64,000 nucleotides of DNA from Eledone cirrhosa. Lineage: Eukaryota. Below the pieces are notes generated by a model. It searched no databases. It was given only the letters and a program-made list of their open reading frames with translations, and had not been told where the DNA came from. The position numbers were made by a program, and so were the translations under genes. The stretch spans positions 77,190,001 through 77,254,000 of the forward strand of contig OZ024742.1 of assembly GCA_964016885.1 (NCBI GenBank). The letters are read 5' to 3'. This document shows, one piece after another, positions 1 to 12,698 of this stretch; position 1 is the first letter of the stretch, and each line of letters opens with the position of its first letter.

Positions 1-765
1 CTTTAAAAATGACGAAATCACGTTCGTGGTACTCTCGTTGTTGGACGTATTAGTTTTATTTTCACGTAATAATTTCAACACCATTACCTTGAATATATGT
101 TTGAGACATCTTGTATATGTATAGCCAACTGTTGATACACAAATTTGTGTAAATAGTTTAAATTGTGTGAACAAAAATATTTTCTCTGGGACTTGGTGCA
201 GACGGTAACTTGATCGGAATATTCTGCTGGTATAATGAAATATTTCCACGGAGTCCCATGAGTGTCTGCCACACTCGGTGACAATAACAGCAGCAACAAA
301 TGCAGAAAAAAAGAACATTGAATGAGATTTAAAATTGAAATATGATGTAGCAGGTAAAGAAGATATAACCATTCGAATACGATACTAAATGCCACACTGT
401 CCTCCAAAAAACAATTCCTTTCTACGTACAGGAATTAATATGTGATGGATAATGTAAGCTAACAATATGGCCACAAACCATTGTAATGTTGGAAAGCGCT
501 GTAGGTGTGGGTGCGTGCGACAAGTGATTTTGAATTTGTTGTATACTTTTCTTCACTAATACTGCAAAAGAATCAATACATGGCGGCAAATGTCTGTAAT
601 GGAAGTAAATCACGTAATTGATAGCCAACCGTCTTTCAGATGACATTCTATCTCTCTTGTTTTACTCTATCATTAAAACAAAGCCTATTGACTCTTTTGT
701 TTCATTCTTTCTCTCCTATATTTTCTTTGCATTCAATGTTGAATTGCGCTTCTAATATATCGTAT

Positions 766-941
766 TTCGTATCAATATTTTCTGCATATTCTCTTCTTTG
801 ATGTCTCTTCTCTCCTTTATTCTTTCTCTTTTTCCCACTCACCCTCCCCTCTTTCTCCCAATTACCTTATACACGCACACAAACACACACGCAGTCACAC
901 ACACACATACATGTGTGTGTATATATATATATGTATATATA

Positions 942-983
<42 letters not shown>

Positions 984-1287
984 GGTAGCACCATGAGAGC
1001 GTTTAAGGATAATAGAGGTATATGAAAACATATATCTAATATATATAGTACGTTTATCTACAACGAACATATGGGTAGCCTCATTGTCGAAGAAAAATAT
1101 TCTTTTCGTAACCAAATGAAACGTAAAAAAATGAATAGTATAACCACATCACTATATCATGGGGAATTATGACGATATAAGGACACATAAAAATAAATCT
1201 AAAGGAGTGCAAATATAAATTCACCATCGTTAGAATAGAGGAATAGTATAGCCACTACGTATAACGGGTGTAAGAAACAATAGAAGA
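766..1287. repeat. Left arm of an inverted duplication (partner 5463-5934)
   Basis: Reverse-complement match by eye. The same spurious peptide MVTKRIFFFDNEATH... appears at 867-1115(-) and 5636-5833(+). Confidence 0.9.
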
Positions 1288-1512
1288 CACACGCACGCGC
1301 TCAAAAATATGCTGTAGAATCAAAATATAAAATCACCCATATACACAAATGCGTAGAACTACCATCATAGAAGCGCGTGGAATTAATAGGAATCAACTAT
1401 ACGAAGGTCACAATATGTGAGGCGAAAGAGGTTGGACAAATAAATATGACAATTAACCAACTATCCATATACTACCCTAAACGCGGAAAGAAATAGGTAC
1501 CTAAATAATAAA

Positions 1513-2072
1513 TGTTTCTACTTTTAGCACAAGGCCAGCAATTAAGCAGTGCATTACTGGTACTTTATTTTACCGAACGCGTAACGATGAAAGGAAAAGT
1601 TAACCTCGGTGAGATTTGAACTCAGAATGGCAAGGGCCGTAACTCTATGCGACAAAGCATATTATCCGACCCTCTACCGATACTGCCAATCCACCGCCCC
1701 TAAAATAATTGTTTCTACTTTTGCACAAGGCCAGCAATTACCCAGTACATTAATTGTACTTTATTTTATCAACCTCGTAAGGATGAAAGGCAAAGTTAAC
1801 CACGGCTGGATTTGAACTTAGATCGTAAAGGGACGTAACTATGCTGGAAATCATGTCCAAACCTCTACCGATACTGCCAATTCACCTAGCCCTAAAATAA
1901 TTGTTTCTAGTTTTGGCACAAGGCCAGCAATTACCTAGTACACTACTGGTACTTTATTTTATCGACCCCGTAAGGATGAAAGGCAAGGTTAACCTCGGCG
2001 CGATTTGAACTCAGAAGGGCAAGCGGCGTAACTCTATGCGACCCTCTACTGATACTGCCAATCCACCCACCG
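1513..2072 (-). mobile_element. Three head-to-tail copies (~190 bp each) of a tRNA-derived SINE, Meta-domain-like
   Basis: Units at ~1513-1700, 1710-1893 and 1902-2072. On the minus strand each has an A box (TGGCAGTATCGG) and a B box (GAGTTCAAATC). The conserved central motif on + is GTACTTTATTTTATCGACCCCGTAAGGATGAAAGGCAAGGTTAACC. Units are separated by TAAAATAAT. Confidence 0.85.
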
Positions 2073-2711
2073 TAAAATAATAATGCTGTCCTAAAATAAT
2101 AATGATGCAAGCCTCATCAGGAGCGCGTGTTTTTATTGATAATATGAACTTGCCAAATCGTAACAATCTCTTTCTATACTTACCTGTTTAGTATAATATT
2201 TCCTAACGCATCGATCTTTGAAGAGGAAAACCAACTACAAGAACAAAGCACAAACACCAATAGCAGTCAGATGACAGATATCTCTCTTTGCTACCCATCA
2301 ACCATGAAATTCTATTCAGCGACTCTAACTTAGTCATTGACACGCTTCTTGGGGTTGTGACAGAATATACAGAATCACATCGATTGGATTTGTTGTTGTT
2401 TGCAGCAATCTATGGGAGACACTCTGACTATCCAAACCTCACCCTATACATTCCTATTTATAACACAGGATTCCACCCTGACGCAGTTCGCTCATAGAGT
2501 GATTGAATCTCCTCGTTCCTTTTGGTCGTAGTAACCTACCTCATGAAGCAGCTTTACAATATAGGCCTGAGGGGAACAGGACTTTTGTGCCGTCACCTAG
2601 GTACCTTATAGTACTGTAAAGCTATATAATTACTGAATTATATATTTGTTAAACTATAAATTTATTTAAATTTATTTAATCTAATCTTACTCTTTTAATG
2701 ATATCCTTTAA

Positions 2712-2770
<59 letters not shown>

Positions 2771-4886
2771 ATAAAAACACTTGGGTGCATTAGAGTCAAA
2801 CACACTCATCGCATTAGAGAAATGACAGTACAAGAAATAGCTCATTTATTTTTTATTTTTATATCCTTTATGTTTCTTAATATACCACTTACTCCTTTGT
2901 GTGAGTTATGGTGTCTATACGGGATGGGGTCTTCTATAGCTGGACGTAGATACTTTATCATCATTGGCGAATGGATACACACACTCTCTTGAGCTGGTTG
3001 GTATGTGAAAGTTTAGCACGTGATTGATTCTGTGGGTATAGGGTTTTGTATATGTGGGTATATTTGTAGATATATATATTTTTTGTGAATATGTATATGT
3101 GTTTCGATGTATAGTTATATGTATAACACAATTGTTTGTGGCTTATTCGTATTCAATAGCTGTTTGGATTCCTTATCATTTTAGTTTTTTTAGTTTATTA
3201 TTAATATTATTATTAGTTCTCTTCGGTTTATTGATTTTTTAGTTTTCTAATTTTTTTAGCTTATTTAGCCTATTTAGTCCCTTGTCCATTATTATATCTC
3301 TATCTTTATACTCATCCTTTGTCGACTAATATATTTCTATCTTTATATTGATCCCTAGTTGGAGTGTATCTTATTGTCTCCTTGACTAACTAATAGTTTA
3401 ATTTTAGTCTTCTACATCTACGATTAATGAACTTCATTTTTTCTAAACGTAATCTTTGCCTTATTGAATATATATATTATATTTTTATGTTCCTTCTTGT
3501 CCTCCATAGTTTTACTTCTTTCTGTTCCTTTTTGTCCACCATAGTTTTTATTGGAATCTTTACTTTGGATAACGTCAGTCGTCATAACGGAAATTAAATA
3601 TTATTCGATGAATGTATTCGCTCGTTTATTGGAATATCTTAATTTCTATCAGCATTAGTGACTTAAACTTTGTTCCAAATGGAGTGTACCATATTGTTTA
3701 TTTAACTTTAAATAGATTAATTAAAATTAAAAAGGGTTTCGATTCAGTTATTTGACTTTGAATAGTGGTATCATTTATTTTCACCTAACAGTTTGTTGTG
3801 CCTACGCGTTTTTGTTTTTGTTTTGTTTTGCTATAATTTGTTGCTTCTGTCTGTCTTTCCTATCCTTTGTCACTTGTGTGGATGAATATATTGAGTAAAT
3901 ATGATTTAAATCTTTCTCCCCTGCAATTATATGTTTTGTGTTGTAATATTAATATGTAATATTATATTGCTGTATGTATTTGAATTGCCTATATCTCTAT
4001 ACATCTTATGGTATATTTGCTAAACGCTCATTTATTTTTATTTTATTTTATCGGTATTTATCGGTAAATATTTACCTGTTATATTTCATTATGTATTGTC
4101 TATTGTATATTCTTTACCATATATATATATTTTTTTACCATACTTTATTTTATTTTATGGTATTATTTTTTACCCTGTGGTATACGTTATGTTTTTTATA
4201 CATGTTATGTTGACTTTGCATGGTACCTTGGAAGTATTTATGTTTTTTAATGTCAATATTTCTTTGATTTTAGTATTGTTTAATCACACCGTCAGGGTGA
4301 TTATTCTATTATAGTGCATATATATATATATTTATGTTAATATGTGTATGTGTAAATGTGTATATGTGTGTGTATATATATGTGTGTGAATGTGTGTGTA
4401 TATATATATATTAAATTTTATTTCTGTATTATATATTGCATTGTATTGTATATTATATTATATTTTTTATATCTTATTTCTCGGATTATATTACTATGTT
4501 GTATTTCGAGTATTGGACATATATTGTACTTTTAACGTGGCTATGTTAATGTTTGCTGGCTCTCTTGCCCTATAGTTTTTTATGTACCAATGTACCCTAT
4601 TAGGTTTGACACGTCTTTCCTGGATAATTTTCAGAAATATCCTTCCTTACATATTATCGGGTGTGTTATAAATATTATAAATGTTTACCCATTAGTAATA
4701 TAGTGCCCTTTCTTAGTTACCTGAATTCTAAATATGTCGCAACATCCTAGACCTTGCCTCCTTATCCTGTTTATATATTACCTGCATATTATATCTTATA
4801 ATGTAATATTTAAATTTCTATTTTTCTATTTCTCTATTCTTCTGAATTTTGGCTTGTTCTAGCCGTTGATATTTTTTATATTTTCC

Positions 4887-4931
4887 TTGCTCTGAAGATA
4901 CCTATTTACTGGGACGAAACATTGTCAGCGA
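4887..4931 (+). ncRNA. Minimal type I hammerhead ribozyme at a PLE-like 3' end
   Basis: TTGCT-CTGAAGA-taCCTAtttacTGGGac-GAAA-cattG-TC-AGCGA. Stem I is TTGCT/AGCGA, stem II is CCTA/TGGG, the cleavage triplet is GUC. AATAAA and (TA)n follow. Confidence 0.75.
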
Positions 4932-4980
4932 ATAAAGATTTTTAATGTATTAAAGGCTTCTTTGTTGATTTATATAATTT

Positions 4981-5066
<86 letters not shown>

Positions 5067-5139
5067 TGATGGTAGATAAGATGCTTCCATAGGTGGTATG
5101 CCGGTTGAGCACTTTATGATCTTACAGAGCAGCATATCA

Positions 5140-5367
5140 TATAATGGAAAACAAAAAATCAGTGATGCGTCTGAACTCAATTTATTGTGTGTTACAATCG
5201 TTTCGCCGGCGGACAGCTCGAGATTCCATCATTGTGTGGATCTGTCTGATGCTGGAATCAGACAGATCCACACAATGGTCGCGTCTCGAGCTGTCCGCCA
5301 GCGAAACGATTGTAACATAGACAAAATTTAGTTCAGATGCATCACTGATTTTTCGTTTTCTATTATA
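5140..5367. repeat. Imperfect ~230 bp palindrome (fold-back) centred near 5253
   Basis: ATTGTGTGGATCTGTCTGAT / ATCAGACAGATCCACACAAT at the centre, with reverse-complementary outer arms. Confidence 0.9.
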
Positions 5368-5462
5368 TAAATATATATATATATTATTTATTTATTAATT
5401 TATTTATTAAAATAACAGATTAAAGTGTAAGCAAAGAATCACTGCTTTCACACTTAACGAGA

Positions 5463-5934
5463 TCTTCTATTGTTTCTTACACCCGTTAACACGTAGTGGC
5501 TATACTATTCCTGTATTCTATCGATGGTGGATTTATATTTGCACTCCTTTAGATTTATTTTTATGTGTACTTATATCGTCATAATTCCCCATGATATAGT
5601 GATGTTGTTATACTATTCATTTTTTTACGTTTCATTTGGTTACGAAAAGAATATTTTTCTTCGACAATGAGGCTACCCATATGTTCGTTGTAGATAAACG
5701 TACTATATATGTGTTTTCATATACCTCTATTATCCTTAAACGCTCTCATAGTGCTACCGAAAATTATATATATATATATACACACACATATATGTGTGTG
5801 TGTGACTGCGTGTGTGTTTGTGTGCGTGTATAAGTATATTGGGAAAAAGAGGGGAGGGTGAGTGGTAAAAAGAGAAAGAATGAAGGAGAGAAGAGACATC
5901 AAACAAGAGAATATGCAGAAAATATTGATACGAA
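5463..5934. repeat. Right arm of an inverted duplication (partner 766-1287)
   Basis: Reverse-complement match to 766-1287. It lies between two direct copies of another repeat (5293-5468 and 5944-6125). Confidence 0.9.
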
Positions 5935-6278
5935 TCTGGAGATGTCCGCCGGCGAAACGATTGTAACACACAGTAAATTTAGTTCAGATGCATCACTGAT
6001 TTTTCGTTTTCTACTATATATATATATATATAGATATATATTATTTATTTATTAATTTATTTATTAAAATAACAGATTAAAGTTTAAGCAAAGAATCACT
6101 GCTTTCACACTTAACGGGATCTTCTGAAACGGGAGTTTAAATTTTAATGTTATTTTAATAAATATTTGGTCTATGGGTTTTTACATGTTTATATATATAT
6201 ATAATCCTCATCGAGCCCTCTTCGCATTTTAGTTTCCACATGTATTATTACTATATATATATATATATATACACCACC

Positions 6279-6367
<89 letters not shown>

Positions 6368-6624
6368 CTTCCTTGTCTGTCTACTTCTTTCTCTATCTCT
6401 CAATCTACTCTCTTACGTCCACTATCTGTTTCTCTCTATCTTTCTCTATATATATTTATAAATGTATCCGGAAAAAACTGTACGTCTGGAACCCGTGGTC
6501 TGATTTACGCGAAAATTGTTTTATTCCATTTGTATTCCCATTTCAGGGCCAACTTCCTTTCAAAATATTTTCCCATTATGCTTCGTTTTGGCTGCATTAA
6601 ATTACAGACACTCACAGAGTTTTC

Positions 6625-6723
<99 letters not shown>

Positions 6724-6732
6724 TGTGTGTGC

Positions 6733-6771
<39 letters not shown>

Positions 6772-6859
6772 TGTTTATGTGTGTGTGCTTGTTTATGTGT
6801 GTGTGTGCTTGTTTATGTGTGTGTGTGTATATGTGTATGTTGGAAGTGGTATCATGAAT

Positions 6860-7215
6860 GGTGGATATAAAATCAGTCTGCTGGACTTTGCAGACCATGT
6901 TTACGTGTGATGGAAGCAGGATGCTAAATTAAGGGCAAGAATTGCAGGTGCTTTTACAGTAATGCGCTAACAATATTTTCAATTCTATATTTATGCCAAC
7001 TCTTATCTATGGTTATGTATATTGAGTAATCAGCAAAAGAATACGATCGCGAAAACAAGCGGCCGAAATGCGGTTCCTCTAAATGGTTTTTGGAGCCCTG
7101 TTACCCTATAGGGTACATAATTCGCAGATCAGTGTGTGAAGCATATGAAAGAAATTAACAGAACAACTTCATGACTACTGGAGTACGTTGGCAGTCGCTA
7201 CACTTGAGGTGTAAT
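6860..7215 (+). mobile_element. Degenerate RTE-type LINE RT fragment
   Basis: KISLLDFADH resembles the RT LLFADD region. CAAGCGGCCGAAATGCGGTTCCTC reads QAAEMRFL, an RTE C-terminal motif. Confidence 0.55.
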
Positions 7216-8168
7216 AATTCTGAGACGCACACACATAGATACCAACATTACATACATTTATAACATTACATTTCCTATTTTATGATGTACTAAAACTTAA
7301 ATATAAAAACATATTAATATACTATCAGAAAGCAGTTTCCTGTAAATGTATCTCTTAATAAATTCCAGATATCTTTGGAAAAAATGCGTTTAAAATCCAC
7401 GAATTGATCTATAATGATACGCTCTTATATTAAGTAAATAGCTATATTGCATTTTAATATACATCCAATAATTATCGGATTGGTATTAAACATAACATTT
7501 TCTTAAAATTATGTCGATGCTAGAATATACTTTGCATTTGATGCAATAATTAGATTATATATTTGCGGCTAGACAGAAAATATGTTTATCTTATATAAAC
7601 AATAACATTTCAAATATTCCTGACATTTAGTAAAGTAATATTGAAACAGTCCTAAAAATAAGAGCAGGTCTCAGGAATATTGATCCCATCTACCCAGAAA
7701 CCAATGAATTTGATGTCACCGATACGAATCCTGAGCATCTACAGTTTATGTAGATGTAGAACAGACGGACAGGAAACCTGCAATCTAATACATAATTATA
7801 TTACAAAGTAAGCCTCACCAAAGGCATGGGAAATCCTGAAATTCGTGATAAAGCAGATGACACGCTCTTCTACTAGAGTAATTTATCCTACAAACGTATC
7901 AAAAAATCAGAAAGTAAAATGAACGAGCTGGCTAACTCATTTGTAAGATATTCTGGATGCGAGATATGAAAGGTTCATAGGTTTCCAAATGGTAAACTAA
8001 TCAGCAGTAAAATAAATAGAAAAAACGAGTCGGTGACATAAAAGTTATGGATGGAAAAAACAAGTCGAGTGGAGAAAAATTGGCAAATAGAAAAGTATGT
8101 AAACATACTTCAGCAGCGGCAACATGTTGCTTATTATTTGTATATTAGTATTTAAAGGCACACAGAAT

Positions 8169-8282
<114 letters not shown>

Positions 8283-8513
8283 CATATATATATATAAAGC
8301 GAGAAGGGAAAGAAAGAGAGAAAGAGAATTACGAGGTTTTAATGTTTGCAACTGTTACTAGGATCATATAAAATTGACTACTAAAATAATTACCCACCTT
8401 CGTATCTATGTATCTATATCCTTTCTCTCACTTCTCACTCCCTCTCTCTCACACACTACCTCTCTCACAGTCTCACTCTTTTTTCTATTTATATATACAT
8501 ACACACACACATA

Positions 8514-8580
<67 letters not shown>

Positions 8581-8782
8581 CGGGGAAACGCCTTCTCCAT
8601 TCTCTCCACTGGGGCTGTGGGTGGGCCCCATCACGTACCGTTGTAGTTGTTGTAGAAGAAACAGGATGACAATAACTGGAAACTACGTGGTGGGTACTGA
8701 ACATTTAATTAAAGCTGCCTAATTATTTTGACAACGATCTGAATCGATACGTGCCTAAATAACAGTAAGCAATTAAAGTATA

Positions 8783-8840
<58 letters not shown>

Positions 8841-8969
8841 ATATATATATAAATATATAAATATATATAGATATATATGCTATATATGTATATATTTACA
8901 TATACAATATAAGTATATAGACATGAGCACACACACACACATATATATATATGTGTATATATATATATA

Positions 8970-9182
8970 TAATGGACAAATTTGAACAGGAACAAAACAG
9001 AGAGGCAGTACAACGAATGTTTATTAATTTCACGCTCTGGAGAGTGGGGTGGTGGTGGGGAACGACGTTTCAGGCATAAGCCCTTCCTCAGGTGAGAAGT
9101 GTGTGGGAACAGAGTTCAAAGGGTGTGTAGGGAGACATATATCAAAGGGTGGAGAGACATATATCGAAAGGAAACGGTGCGA
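8970..9182 (-). mobile_element. Short PLE 3'-end fragment with hammerhead core
   Basis: Minus strand at 9064-9091 reads CTGAGGA-AGGGC-TTAT-GCCT-GAAA-CG-TC, then AATAAA and (TA)n. Flanked by inverted copies of the same DNA (~8830-8945 and ~9183-9300). Confidence 0.65.
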
Positions 9183-9284
9183 ATATATGTGTGTGTGTGT
9201 GTGCTCATGTCTATATACTTATATTTTATATGTAAATATATACATATATAGGATATATATCTATATATATTTATATATATATAC

Positions 9285-9439
<155 letters not shown>

Positions 9440-10025
9440 AGTATAGAGGCGGGAGGAACCGGAAATCAATCAATGTGTCCTGTAAGCAGTTTCAACCGTG
9501 TCTGCTTTACTCTGATATACTACTCTGTTCCTGCTGTGAAGGTTTATGTTCCTATAGTTCTTACAGATTACTGAATAAAAGACACAGCGGGATATTCTTT
9601 AATATTTGCCAATACCAATATTTTCCTTACAAGTTGCATATATTAGCGTGAGGAGACGTCATGCAGAAAGATTTGCAAAAACAAGTAAAGTGGCATTAGA
9701 AAATATAAAACAACAGAAGAAATCAATAAAACTGAAAAAAAAATATTCATATAAATCTCATCAATAGTTGATCTTAATATAAAGCGCAAATAGAGAAGTG
9801 CATGTTGAAAATAAGATCGAAAGACCGATGACATTGGGGCTCTCCGCATGACTTTCAATTTAATAATATGTGCATTTAATGATTGTGCAAGATCAAACGT
9901 TTATAATTAACTCCATTGTGTGGATTTAATAATGAAAATCAGCTCTGTTATTCCATCACAGCATAATGATGCGCATTAATTTATACTATCGAAATCTTGT
10001 GTTAATTATCCCGAAAGAATGATTA

Positions 10026-10084
<59 letters not shown>

Positions 10085-10240
10085 TAATAACAACAACAAC
10101 ACCAACAATGATGTTAGCAATAGCAATAAAGAAAATATTGCTAAAGATGAGAATGATCTTTTAATTTATTAAGAATTAATATAACGCAACTAAAACAACA
10201 ATGATATTGATACTCCTATTAATGCTACTACTATTACTAT

Positions 10241-10330
<90 letters not shown>

Positions 10331-10578
10331 TTTCTGTATTAACCACAAGGGTTTACATAAAGTAGACATTAAGGACAGTGCCGGACAATACAGGACGGTA
10401 CAAATGGGCATTTCTGCGTGTAAAAAACAAAAACAGAGGATGTAACAAAAAATAACAATGAAAAATTCCCCAATAGGGGGGAGACTTCGGAGGGCCATTT
10501 GTGGAGAAAGCCCAGTAAAAGGCCACAATGACCCTGACCACCAAGGCAAGTGCCCTCTCCCAGTTTTCCACCTTTAAT

Positions 10579-11607
10579 TTACAGATATATTCTCACTCGG
10601 GCCATTCTTGCTTCTCTCACCCATCTTTCAACAAAATGCTGGGAAGAGAGTACTTCCCTCTCTACTCTGATTTTCCTTTTCAAATGAAATTTGAAAAAGT
10701 CAATCAGAGCATCACCGAAGAGGTAAATGCTCGTCATCAGCCCTTTCAAACGTGTCCACCATACTATCTCTTTCCCCATGGCCACCAGACAGATAAAAAC
10801 TGCCTGCCCTTCCCGGCTAAAGGAGGAGGGCGGGGCAATCCTCACGATGGACTTAGATGATAGCCGGATCCGTCCTAAACGCGACAGCAGGTGTTCGACA
10901 TAAACCCACAAGTCAGCAATTTTCGGACACTGGACGAGTGCGTGCAGGACGGTTTCGTCGCCCTGTGCGCATCTTGGACATGCCCGACTGACGGCACCTC
11001 CATGCCTGTAAATTTTATCCCGAACTGGCAAGGCTCCTCGGTAGCACTGCCAGGCCAGAGATTTCTGGAAGTTGTCCATAGGCCCTGGCCCGAAAGTTCT
11101 TCCAAAGAGATTGGCTAGTTGATTTTCGTCGACGCCTAGAGTTTCCCCAAGTACCTCGTCGCTCTTCCCCTCCACTAATCCTCTATAGAACGCCGAGGTG
11201 GAGTTTCCACCGATCACATTGCCCGATTGGTCGAGGGCTGTGAGCGCCTGAAGACATTCCAGTCTCCAGGCGCTCCCTCTCGGTCTTCGCTTGACCCAGA
11301 ACTGCAGCTCCGTCAAGGAAACGAGCTGGGGAAATACGTGTCTAGCAAACGGCGACCACACCTGATCACCGTCGAGGAAGTGGTGGAGATGTCGTAGCCT
11401 GAGCGCGTGCCTGTGCATCATCAGCCACGGCATGCCCAGCCCTCCACGTAGCGGGTGTTGACAACAGATGGACCGCCTGACCATCGGAGCGCGTCCCTTA
11501 CACAAAAAGCGAAAGAGCAAACGCTCCAGCGCAGTCAAGCGAGGCTTAGGACAAGGTACGACGGTCAGGCGGTAGCAGATGACAGACGCGATGTACGCGT
11601 TAGCCAC
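10579..11607 (-). pseudogene. LINE ORF2 C-terminal region with zf-RVT-type CCHC motif
   Basis: GGLGMP motif and CPRCAQGDETVLHALVQC. Confidence 0.88.
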
Positions 11608-11726
11608 CTCCGCTCGACCTTTCAGGGATAGCTTCCTCTAGGCCCATTTCTGGGTGAGAGAAGCCACCCTGCTCGTCACCACGTCCCAGTTTTTGTCCGT
11701 CTGGAGGTCCGGACCGAACCAGACCC

Positions 11727-12638
11727 CTAGCAATTTATCGGTCCGTCCGTCCAGCGTCCGACGATGCTGTTGGACGGCATGGACCTGTCTCTCCAGGTGC
11801 CGAGCTGCAGGCCCACTGACTTTTCCTGGTTGATCATTGCTCCTGTCACCGCTTCGTATTCTCTTAGTGTAGTGCCGATCGCCTCGATGTGTTTGGCGTT
11901 CGACACCACTACGGTGACATCGTCCGCATATGCTGACACGGATCTTCCGCATCCTAGTTCGCGCGGGACGCCCCTCAACGTCTCCAGTTTGTGCAGTAAT
12001 GGCTCGAGAGTCAATACGTATAAGAGAGACGAGAGGGGACATCCTTGGCGGACCGAGCGCATGATGTTGAACGGTTCCGACAGGTGACCGTTCACTCTCA
12101 CCACAGAGCAGATGTCGCTGTGCATGGCAGCGATCCAGCCTCTGAAGACGGGCCCAAAGCCAGCCGCCCTCAAGACTGCCGCTAGGTAACGATGGTCGAC
12201 CCTATCGAAAGCTTTCGACTGATCTAAATTGATCAAGGACCCACCCGTGCCAGGTTCCCTAGCTACCCTCTCTACGATGTATCGCATGAGGTGGAGGTTG
12301 TCGTGGATGGATCTGTCGGGAATGGCGCATGTCTGCGCCTCTCCCACCAGACCACCAACGACAAGCGCCAACCTCTTTGCTAGCACCTTGGCCAAAATCT
12401 TGAACTCTGTGTTTAGCAGAGTTATGGGCCGGAAATTTTCTATGTTATCCCCCTTGTTCGGATCCTTTCTCAACAGTTCCACCGCTCCTCGGCTCACAGA
12501 ACTGGGAATTCTCCCGTTCTTTTGCCAGTTGCAGTAGACGTCCGCCAAGAGGCCTCCGAACAAGTCTGGCATCTGTACGTAAAGTTCATAGGGCAGACCA
12601 TCCAAACCAGGCGATTTACCCCTTGTGCAGCCAGTCAT
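11727..12638 (-). pseudogene. LINE ORF2 reverse transcriptase domain (disrupted)
   Basis: RT motifs QGCPLS and YADD. Continues in another frame. Confidence 0.9.
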
Positions 12639-12698
12639 TGCCTCCCTTACTTCAGCGGCTGTTATCGGCTTTTCTTAACACTCCGCCTCAGTGGCCGA

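Larger units (their letters stand above)
10225..12698 (-). mobile_element. 5'-truncated Tx1/L1-clade non-LTR retrotransposon (ORF2 RT plus C-terminal zinc finger, 3' UTR, simple-repeat tail)
   Basis: Motifs KSPGLDGLPYELY, NFRPITLLNTEFKILAK, LDQSKAFDRVDH, VRQGCPLS, AYADDV and CPRC...ETVLHALVQC. There is a frameshift/stop near 11638-11735. Tail is (ATT)n/(AGT)n at ~10225-10330. Confidence 0.93.

Noticed and set aside
1513-2072. Regularly spaced repeats superficially like a CRISPR array or tRNA cluster
   Set aside because: The units are ~190 bp SINEs without unique spacers or a full cloverleaf, in a eukaryotic context.
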